DNA from: Dicyema japonicum
Taxonomy: Eukaryota; Animalia; Dicyemida
Assembly: GCA_011109175.1 (NCBI GenBank)
Contig: RDEW01000016.1
Coordinates: 9,743 to 73,742, forward strand
DNA length: 64,000 nucleotides
Reading direction: 5' to 3'
Notes under the pieces: model-generated
What the model was told of the DNA's origin: nothing
Database searches by the model: none
Seen by the model: the letters and a program-made list of their open reading frames with translations, nothing else
Part shown: in pieces, positions 50,725-61,288 of the stretch
How the letters are laid out: each line of letters starts with the position of its first letter
Position numbering within the stretch: position 1 is the stretch's first letter
Made by a program: the position numbers and the translations under genes

Positions 50725-52301
50725 TTAATCATTAAAATCGTCGTTATTTTGAATGACAAGTATCTCCCGATTATCGAAGCGTAGAAATTCATTGAAATCA
50801 ATAAGAACGGAAAAAAAAGTCGCTCCTCGATAACTACAAGAAATATAATCGATAACCTGGAAACCAACTCCTTTATTGTGACCTTTCTTGTTTTGCCGGC
50901 TGACACCATATCAAGTAGTTCATTGGTAATATGCTCCACCGGAATTGACTGATATCCTCTCGAAGTCATCTGCTCTTGAATATCCTAAGTGCACTTAAAT
51001 CGGACAATACTTTGTAGAAAAAGTAAATATTGTAGTCAGTGAGGTACCCGCAATTTTCCACGTCGAAAATCCTGAACAAATACGCCAGGGATCTTTCCTC
51101 GTTACGATTTTCCATCGCCAGGATGAACTCCAAATATGTCTTATAATCCTGGCTGGTAAAATTGACTATCACTACAATTTCTCCATCGTTGGTCACTGAA
51201 GCTTCGAAGAAACGTTTAATGAAGCTCTTCGTAAGCGATCCCCCATTGATGCTATTAATTAGTTAAGACCCCCCACTTAGAGAACTCCGCCATGCTGAGC
51301 ATTCCATTATTATCTCCATCCAATTCAAGAAATTGTTCGTGGACTTTCCTAACGCTTTCTTCAGAAAACCAATTTATATCGCTCAAAGGGCTAGTCTCGT
51401 CCCGTAGTTCGAGGAAATCATCGAGAAATCCCGAGGCAATTATATCAGTCAGTTTGATTACATCACGTCGGTTATAGTCCAGGAAAAAGAAAAACTTACG
51501 AGCCACAGTATAGAGATAAACAGGGTAAAATTGAAAAGGCATTTCACTAAGCTACAATATACCACTGACTGTACTTGAGAGAGCGAGGGGATCAGCTCCA
51601 CAAGATATCCCTCCAAATCCTACATGTTTACTTTAACACATACATATCCCATAAAATACCCCTTTCCCCCCGAATCAAATAAAGAGAGTCCCAGGAAGGT
51701 TTGCGTCATCCAAATTTTTCTCATCACAAAGTTGAAAAAATTAATTATTGGAACTGGGCTGCTGATCCGGGACAAGCTAGCATAGACTGAAGGCGTGAAA
51801 TATTTTCTAAATCGGTTATTTTAACGTGGCGAACCTACATTTTGCAGAAACCGACTCTTTTATTTGGCAGAACTTCGTATAATCCATAACTTTATCATTT
51901 TCTGGCCCCACTCCATTTTCTTCTAGAATCTTCCACAGATTCTATAATATTGAATGAAAATAACGTCGAGTTCCTCGTTGTCCAGCAAGTCCTTGCTTTT
52001 TGACTCAAGGAGATTAGCTCTTAAAATAGGTCCTCATACACTTACCTTGACATGTCTCTTACTTTCTGAAATAAAGTATCGTCCTCCGTCGATGGCTAAA
52101 GCATTAAATCCAGGAGACCTGTTTGAAAAACGTTGGAATTGACTGTGAAGCATGCTCCTTAATGCCTTTTAATTTGCAATAATATTTTTCGGTGAGTTCC
52201 ATTTCCACATCTTTGCTTATCTGATTTGAGTCTGCTAATATAAATGAAATATTTTTACTAGGAGAAATGCTAGACTTTAATGCTTGCTTCAAAATATCCA
52301 T
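50725..52301 (-). CDS. PPP2R3C: PP2A regulatory subunit B'' gamma (EF-hand)
   Basis: VARKFFFFLD, FLDDFLELRDE..NWFS, LDGDNNGMLS, DYKTYLEFILAMENR, F..FDVEN.GYL, VLIDFNEFLRFDNRE. Confidence 0.93.
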
Positions 52302-52793
52302 TCGGTTGTCGTTGACTACTTAGTTATATTATATAATTTTTAAATTTAATTTAAAAATTAAATTTATTGCCGCCAATTTATTGAAGAATTCTTTTCCTTT
52401 CTTCTACTAGTGTCATCGAATCCACTAACTCGGGAGACGGTCAATGGCTTGACGGTCGTTAAAAGGATCCATCTCTATATTCCACTTGGAGGCTATTTTT
52501 CTCCCCGACGACGATTTCTAGCTTCGACCTCAGCTTTGGATCACTATGCCTAGTTGAGGGCTCTACAGGAGCGCGTCAGGATCACGCGATTAGTTAATTT
52601 GGTTTTGCCGTTGGTCTTTGAATTATTATTAATCCATAGATTAAATTAGTTAATATGGTAGAATAATTTAGATATTATTATTATCATTAAAAATTAAATG
52701 AAGTCTTCGAAATAATTTTGGTTTATTAATTTACTATTAATCATATCCCTGTTGTTAAGAGGACAATTTAAATTTAGTCCTTTGTGGTCAAAT

Positions 52794-54130
52794 ATGAGCT
52801 CACACAAAGTGTCCTACAATAAATCAACTAATAAATACTACAGAGATGTCCTTAAAAACTTCACATTTGCTGAAGATATCCTGAATTCATTATCATATGA
52901 CTACTTCACTCCCCAGAGTACAAAAACTCATGCAATCGGACGTTATTCAAATTGCCCAGGAGAAATCAGAGAGCGAATCAGTCGAGCATATCCCGACTCG
53001 AAAAATTCTATCAGATCAATGGACGGCAAAACTCACCGAAGATTTATCAATCCCAAAAGATTCCCGTGGATAGGATGAAAAGTAAGAAACTCAAGTGAAG
53101 TGTTCCCTGGTAAATTCAAGAAAATCATTCAACGACGGGAATACGGCCGTGGAAACAAAAAAGAGTCGCAACATCGATTTTTATCGATTTCACAAAGAGG
53201 AAATCAGAAAGTACAACTTTGGAGTATTTTAGACTCGTGAGGCATACAGGCGTGAAAATTGAAAGTAAAACTGAATTTTTTATTTTTAGCGCAAAACCAG
53301 AACCTGAGGATATCGATTTGGTGGATTCAATGCTTATTCTAGTCACTTCTTTCATTGGCATAGTCTCCGATTGTTCAGTCTCTGTCCGAAAGTAAGGGGA
53401 GGAGCTTGCAGAAATATTCTCGAAAGAGATCTTGATATATCTGAAGTCTGGTTCGTGTTATCGAGTAGGACGTGGAGGAGAAGCTGATGAACATTGCCAT
53501 TAGTGACTCCAGGAGCGATGTCAAGAGTGTGGCAGTTTCCATATTAAAGCGGGAAAAATCGATTAAAAGCTATCAAAAATACATTTTAAGGTTGTTGAAA
53601 AGCAATGAGGGGGATAGAAGGACCTCGATAATGCTCCTGTGTCCTGGTTGTGGTTGATGCTCACAAATAGAAGTCCTGGACGATGAAATATCAGAGTTAT
53701 TCAGAATGTCCTTCCAAGATGGAAGCTTTATTGTGAGGAAACTGAGTTGTCTCGTCTGTGCCGACCACGAAGAGATGATCGAGCGATATTTCTCGGAGAT
53801 CACTCACATTTGCAAGAACGATGTCTTTGACTGTGTTCGAAGGGAAGCCCTATTAAGTTCGTTTGCCTCACATTTAGTCTGATTTAGCTTTATTAAGATT
53901 TCCGAACAAAATTAAATTATCGAATTTTATATCCAATTTTATCCTATTTGAGGCAAACGACGAATTTTTGGGAGTCATTCTAACGTATTTTGAGAACACT
54001 GAAATTGACGAAAAAATAAGCGAATTTTTGATGATTCGAAAAGGCTTGGAAAACGAGGAAATTAATAAGTAACGATATTTACTCAATCATAGGCAAATTG
54101 ATGACCTCTTGACTCGAAAAACTAAAAGCT
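52794..54130 (+). CDS. Putative multi-exon gene, possibly HEAT/ARM-like; family not identified
   Basis: Chain of coding-like ORFs separated by short GT-AG gaps; D..SDVKSVAVSIL and D..DCVRREAL resemble HEAT motifs. Exon structure not fully resolved. Confidence 0.4.
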
Positions 54131-54942
54131 AATACTTATTAGTTGTTTATTAGCAACATAGCTTAGGGCAGGTATCCTCAAGTTCGTTCCACTTGGTGGA
54201 CGACACTCAGACCCGGATCCTACCTGCATCCCACACATTATTTGTTCAGAACGTCGGATTTCCAATGTCTCTTGAGTCTGTCGCTTTGTCCATGCTCACA
54301 AGGAGGACAAGGGGTCTCATCCTTCATGAAAAAAGTAGACAGCTTGCAGTAGAGGTACGTCACGAACCTCCCTGCCATGTAATGTAAGCAAATCTAAATT
54401 AAGTGCTCTAATAAGCTTTTAAAGCGACATTTCGTTTGGTAGAGGATCTAAATTTCATTTTGGAGGATCTATTGAGGATCTAAATTTCATTTTGGGTGGT
54501 ATACCAATGTCTCCACATCATTGTTAAGAACATTCGACCAATAATAGCTAAGTAGCTCGCTCGTTTTTGGTCAAGAGAGTTGTCAACTTCCTCTAAAATC
54601 AGTGGCAGACGGAATTCTGACTCAGACATTGGTACATTTGATTTCTGATGTCAACTGAGTTGATTAAGAGACGGGATCAGAGGTCATGTTCAATTTTTGG
54701 AGGTGAAGACGTTCAGTGTTCTATTACTACCTAATAGTACACCAGAACTTACCGACCAATTAATTGCTATGGCTAAAAAGGGTCAATCGACTCTTGGGGA
54801 TTAATAAGGGCACAGAGTATAATTGTCAAAAATGATACAACCGCCAATTTGACAAAACCGAATTTGAAATGCTAAAAAAAATTAATTATAAATTTAAATA
54901 ATTACAAATTAATAATAAATTTTTATTTTGTGTCGTTGATAG

Positions 54943-55668
54943 ATGCATTTATTTAAAAAGAAAACGTTAAGGAACAAGTTTGTAACATTCATTATACTCA
55001 GAGCAATGAATGGATCTCAAAAATACGCAAGGAAGGCTATGCTTTGGATAGGAATCTGAGAGGTCATATATGTCCCTAATGGTTTGATTTTAGAGCTTGA
55101 TAGAGCTTTATTGTCCACTAAAACTGAAATTATAAAATATGCCAAAGAAAATAAGCTCGACATTTGCAAGGTTCTGGCGAAGCACATGGTTACTCAGCGC
55201 AAGAATGTTTCTCGTATCTATACAGCAAAAGCCCAGCTAAATTCCATCCAAATGCACATTAAGGAACAACAAGGCATGAATTCGCTTTATTAAAGGTGTT
55301 CTTCGGATGAATGGAGCTATGGAAAAGAGCACACGTGTCATGACAGCAATGCAGTCGGTCTTGTCGTTTCCGGAGTTGCAACAGTCGATGACCAGTCTCT
55401 CCAAGGAAATGATGAAAGCCGGAATTATTGATGAAATGATTCAGGACACCTTTGACGATGTCCTTGAAGACCAAGAAGACAACGAAATCGCGGATGAGGA
55501 AGTGAAAAAGGTGCTTGATGAGATTTTTATCGGTTAATTTTATATTTGTACGATTTAGACAAATTGGGGGGTTCTTCGTTGGTCAATCCACTCTCAGCCT
55601 CAAAAAGTGCTGTTTCGGACTCAGCAGAATCTCAAACAATTCTTGATAATTTGGACAAACTACAATAA
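54943..55668 (+). CDS. CHMP3: ESCRT-III subunit CHMP3/Vps24
   Basis: NEWISKIRKE..LDR, CKVLAKHM..RK.VSRIY.AKAQLNS, KST.VM.AMQS, LSKEMMKAGII.EMI.DTF; introns of 20 nt, 22 nt (GC-AG) and about 26-31 nt. Confidence 0.95.
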
Positions 55669-55752
55669 TTATTTAATTTTTAATTTTAATATATTTATTG
55701 CCGTTTATCTCCTCGTTATTTTTATTATTTATTTACCCCGACTCTCTTTAAG

Positions 55753-56260
55753 TTTGTTGGTTGAGTGGTTGATACCTCTCTAATAATGTCTTTATCGTCA
55801 GTCTATTCTATCCCGTGGATGATCTCGATGAATGTGGGGACGTGAAAAGGAAAGTTACATGGAGAAAGAGCACGACACACCGAAACCCTCTAGGTATTCA
55901 TATGTTATGGGTAACTCGGGAGTGCATTTAACTAACTCTCTTCAAAGGAAACCGGTGGCTAACAAAAAGTAACACCCAAAAGCGGAAGTTCTAAGAAAAC
56001 ATCTCGGAAAGTCTTTGATGTTCAAGCGGACTATCGTTAACTTTCAGTGGGTTGACTTTGCTTATAAGTAAACCACCCCCAGCCGAACTAGAGGTTAGGT
56101 AGTAATGGATAACAACTCCTGAAGTGTGTAGTCTTGGACTTTGATGTAAGCTTTGTCTTTTGGATAGCGCCAACACCTTCTCTCATGCTTGCATAGGAAT
56201 TCAATTGGAGAAGAGAAAAGGGTTTTTGCTTTGTTCACCAAAAAGCAATTTGTCTTAGCA
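55753..56260 (+). repeat. Family B copy, containing the family A head motif at 55940-55975
   Basis: Homologous to 17341-17910. Confidence 0.7.
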
Positions 56261-56399
56261 TTTACTTTTTTTTAATTTATTTAATTTATTTCGGTTAATT
56301 AGCTGTAATTCACCAAATTAAAAAATTAATTTAAAATTTAAGTTAAATTTATTAATTTTAAATTTAAATTATTTTTTGACGAGTTATGTCATTTTCTTT

Positions 56400-57988
56400 A
56401 TATATTCTCGAAGGGAACTCAGTATGACGGTTGCCTCGTTGTTATTTGTATTTTGATCCTTTTCGCTCCGTTTTAATTCATTCAGTCTTTTTTTAGCGTT
56501 ATTGGTAGCAGTTTGAAATTCTCTGCTTTTTAGTTACTCTACAAACTGGAAGGTCAATACTCCATCGTTGTTCTCGTCAATTATTTTTATTAGAATGTCC
56601 ACCGCGTGCTTGCTTATGTTTATGTTGAATTTCTAAAAATAATCAAAATCGATTAAATTTAAAATTTTTGAAATATTCTTGTTGGTGATTGTTTCCGCCT
56701 TGTCTCCATTTGGCAGTTTGAAGAAGTCGATCGGTCGAAGATTTTTTTGTTTCATGTATTCTGTTAAAATCAATATCGGATCCCCCTTATATAAGAACAT
56801 CCCCAAACGTCCATTATTCCCCCAGTTTCTTTTAATTTGATGAGTTTCCCGTGACTTTTTCGGTCATAGGATATAGAAATGTCTCTTGTTTTCTTGATCT
56901 CCTCATATAACCTCTCAAATTCGTGATCGACTACTGAATTCTGTTTTAAACCATCAAAGGGCACTTTTATCTCAATTTTCATTAAAACTGATTTTTTTGA
57001 TTTTAGAACCATTCGAGTGATCATTGTGGGACACTCAATGTCCATGGGATTCCCTGTTAACTGAAAGGATAACTAACGTCCAATACGAATAGTTTCCTGA
57101 TTGAGGCGTTGTTGTAGAGACCGTTTAACAGGAAGTTCAGTGAAATTTTATTCACGTGGTTATTCGACAGATTGAGATGCTCCAGACTACCGGTTATGGG
57201 CAGACTCTTTGCGAGGGCTTTACACGATTGAATGCATAGACCGTTCATCGACAGATCCAGAATACTGAGAGTCCCGTTTGTCTGGGAGTAACTCATAATA
57301 TGTACTTTTAACACGTTGGCTATTTCGACTCCCCCCTCATCCGATATTCTATTCCAGTTGAGATTGAGATTCTGAATGGACGTATTTTTGCCTTTGGTTA
57401 TATATGAGTACTCAGTTGGGGGTTAATATTTTCATCCCCTCCCCGTCAATGCAAGTATTCGACAAATCTAGCTTAATGAGGTGGGTTTGAGTCTACGGTA
57501 TATTTGGGAGATCACAACCCGGATTAAATCAGCCAGCAAAGTAATGTCACCCCTTGATAACACGTTGCCTGAAATACCCCCCATTAGTACCTGAAAAGTT
57601 GACGTCCTCGAGGCTGAGATTCATCATTGGCTTTAGCAGAATGCTGAATTCTGCTTGGATCCTGCAATTTTCCAAATCCTTGGAGAATTTTAAAAAGTCA
57701 GCAACAATTAGAGTCAAGAAAGTCTTATTTTTAATAACCTCCGAAATTTTCTCCAATGTGGACGGGGGTAATTTATTTTCTGAAATTATTAGTGTTTTGA
57801 GTTCCCCCTAGTAATTGAAACGTCATACCAACATTGTACGCGCTTAGAAAGCATCCGATGTCATTCTCTCCGAGAAAATACCCGCTTAAATTAATATTAT
57901 CGCTGTCAAGCTGCTTCATTAAAAAGGTGAGAGGCATTGCATTGAATTTTTGGCACATTTGCTCATATTTTGTCAAATTGGGAGTCAT
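56400..57988 (-). CDS. RNI-like leucine-rich repeat protein, LRRC74-like (both ends uncertain)
   Basis: YEQMCQKFNAMPLTFLMKQL..INLSGYFLG; LSILDLSMNGL..CKALAKSL..LEHLNLSNNHV..L..GL..N. Confidence 0.7.
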
Positions 57989-58729
57989 ACGCTGAGAATT
58001 TGTAAATTGATTGCGGGGGGAATTTATAAACTACATTGTAACCAAATTGATTTGCAGATTGTTTACAGGCTTTACATTGATTTATCAACAGTGATTGTGC
58101 AATCAATGGATTGTAGCTATTTAGACGATTAAAATAACACTTGAGAGCACTTACTCAGCCAAGTGGTTGATTGGTCGAAGATTGGGACGTACTTCTGTTG
58201 AAATGTCTACTTGCTTCATGATGGATGAAGGACCTTGTAATTCAACTCCTTGTAAGCATGGACGGGTAGTGTACTCAGGAGACGTGGAAACTGGAGTTTG
58301 GACAAAGGAGAGTAGTATCGGATGAACGAGGTATTTGGCTTTGAATCTCCTGGGCCAAAGTTTAAAGACCTTGAAGGACAATCTATCTGAATATGACTCT
58401 ATTTTCTCCCCAAGGAGAGTAGGTATTTATCTATAATTAGATATCTCCAAGGTGTCTTCCAAGATGTCGTTCTCGCCATTCTTGAGACACAAATGAGTTT
58501 TGATTATGTATCTTCTAAAACTGATGTACCCAACTGTCTTTTATCTTCAAACATTGATAACTGACTTCTTGAAACATCAACGTCAGAATGATACTGACAA
58601 ACTCGATGTGGTACGCATGTAATGATCCATACACAAACCATAAACTCACGTTTTTACTAACTAACAAGGCGTAGACATCAGACAGAATGCTAAAAAAAGT
58701 TTCGAGACCACTCAACTTTTTCTTAAAGA

Positions 58730-58935
58730 TAACGGAGAAAAACTGGATATTTTTTTATTAAAGCATGTTTAAATGCCGATATTCCACTTGACTGACAAAT
58801 CAATAATTCCAATGGCATATTACAACCTTCTAAAATGTCCCGCTACTTCAATTCCAGTGGAACAATCTTTTTCCTTTTGAAAAAAACAGATGTCTAAATA
58901 TATAAATTTCAATGAAAACAATATTGAAAATATTT
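58730..58935 (+). mobile_element. hAT C-terminal dimerisation-domain fragment
   Basis: LLKCPATSIPVEQSFS, matching the P.TS..ER.FS motif. Confidence 0.45.
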
Positions 58936-58989
58936 AAATTATAATTCTCTTAAATCAATAGTTTTTGTTAATTTCCATATTATTTTATG

Positions 58990-59432
58990 TTGTCCAATTA
59001 AGTCGTGTCCGACCCTTGGAGATCTCATGAACGAGTTTCCTCCACTCTCCCGATCCGTTGCAATTTTGAGTAGCTTTGATATAGGCATTCCCGTGATGTC
59101 TTCCACCGTAGATAGCCACCGAGTCCTCGGTCGGCCAGGTCTTCTTTTCCCAGTAGTATTGCTCAGCATAATGGTTCTTTTTAGGGAATCAGAGCAAACA
59201 ACATCCCCAAAGAACGCCAATCTGTGTTTTACGATTCTTCCTTCTAGCGAAATGTCCGCCTCCACCCGTTTGAGTACATCGATGTTTGTTATTTTGGAAG
59301 TCCAATAGATTCTTAGTAACCTCCTCCAGCACCACAGTTCAAAAGCATCAATTTTTCGTCCATCCGCCTTTTTCACTATCCATGATTCTGCGCAGTATAG
59401 AAAAACTGGGAACACGATTGCATTAACTTCCA
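58990..59432 (-). mobile_element. RTE-BovB-like LINE 3' fragment
   Basis: IVFPVFLYCAESWIVKK...IDAFELWCWRRLLRIYWT..., GKRRPGRPRTRWL; 3' end GGTCGGACACGACTT. Confidence 0.88.
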
Positions 59433-61288
59433 TTTAAATTCCATAAAAAGAATTCTTAGATTGGTTATTTTTGTGAATTACTTAAAGCCCAGTATTTGTG
59501 ATAGTTTTTTACAGTTAAACACAAAAAACACAAAATAATTTGAATAATAAGACTGCGTACGTAATGGGATCTCATTGCGACTGGGATTAAAAGTATGTGT
59601 TCCACATCCGTTCTGATGCGGAGACCAGATCGACTGTTTTGGTCTACACCCTCATTCCTGCAGGAAGAGTGCTGGGAGATTCCTCATACACATGATCTTG
59701 AACGAAGTCGTTAGGCGAGCTTTGGACGCCACCGGACACAAGGATAAAAACCTTCAATGTCTTAAAGTCAATTTGAGCAATTACTGACGATAGACCTAGG
59801 GTAATAGAGCAGGTTGACAAGTGGGTCGGATAGTTGAGATGGCGACGTCTCAATCGCATTAATGTCTTAATCCCTTCGTGATGGATGTTACATTTCGCTT
59901 TGGTTTTTGAGTGGATTGACAAAATTATAGACTCAGTACTCAGTAAAAATACAAAAAGGGATACACTGTGCTCTTGATACGAAGAGAGGATACATACACT
60001 GTGCTCTTGATTCGAATCTCGTCTGGAACAAAATTTCAATGTAGAGTCTTGAGGAGATTCTGAGATATCAGTCGTGTCCAAATTAGTTTAATTTTCGAAT
60101 CCTAACGATGGTGCATCCGATTATTCTTTAATTCAAAACATCAGATTTCCACTGCTTCGGACTTCGTAATTTTTTGCATGACACAAAGGAAGACTTCGTT
60201 TGTCGAAACGATATAGATAATTCGGGCAATAATAATAGACGATCCGGTTCTGCAGTGAAATGTTTACTGATGACGTCATCACTCTTAAACCAAATCATGG
60301 AACCTTAAGCCTAGATGTACAACAGCGAGATTCGTACTAGGTGCAATCATTTCGGGCAATAGAGATCTTAAAATTATTAAAGGACAACATTCGTCTGTCA
60401 TTGAAGCTACGTCATTAGGTTATTAACGCAATATGCCTATCAATATTCTGACGTAAGCAGATTATTATAGCGGGAATTAAGAAATCGATAGTCCCCCTGT
60501 TTATCCTTAAGGCAGACCTGTTAAGATATTTCAATTTTGTTTAGACGGGATTCAAATCCAGATATTGGTGGACCATGGTTTCTTATTTCAAAATCATTGG
60601 GTTTCAGTTGTCCCTAATTCCATTAAAATGAGGAACTAGAGGTTCTCACTTGCAGTTGTACCTAACAGACAATCTTTTACCCTTACCAGAAAACTATAAT
60701 ACGCTTTACTTGAAGGATAAGGAAGTTCATTTATTTATTTAGAACCAAGAATCACCGACAAAACAAATGAGAGTAGGGGCCGTCAGGTGATCCCGGCCTC
60801 CTTGAGCAGCAGCCTCATCTTTTTACAATGTTCATCCTGAATACCAACACACTTTCGGTGTGGACGAGTTACCTTTTGAAGGTTTAGAGGTTTTGGCAGA
60901 GCTTCCGTATTCATCACGAGTTCCTCAACAGGGTTTGTTTAATATCGATGAGGAAGATCTTTGTAGGGTCTTTGTTACTGTCTCTTGGAAGGAATTTATT
61001 TTCTTTAGGTTGGTGTGGGATATGATAGTACCCCATGCCGCGCAGCAGTAGCTGTTGACGGAAGTATATATTGGTAGTAAGATGATCTACTGTTGGGTGG
61101 CACCACATTTAAAACTGATTTAGCTTTGGTGAAAGTTTCTAATTAATTTAATAATATATTTTAATTGTAATATTTAAATTAAATAAAATTAGCATCTTAC
61201 TATTTATCTTGTCTTGTAAGGTTGTTGTTATTTTCTAATTACACTCATTATTGTGTTTTTATCTAAACACAAATTTATTATTTGTAGA

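Noticed and set aside
58200-58300. EGF-like PCNSTPCKHG on the plus strand
   Set aside because: Remaining EGF cysteines absent and a stop follows; probably chance.
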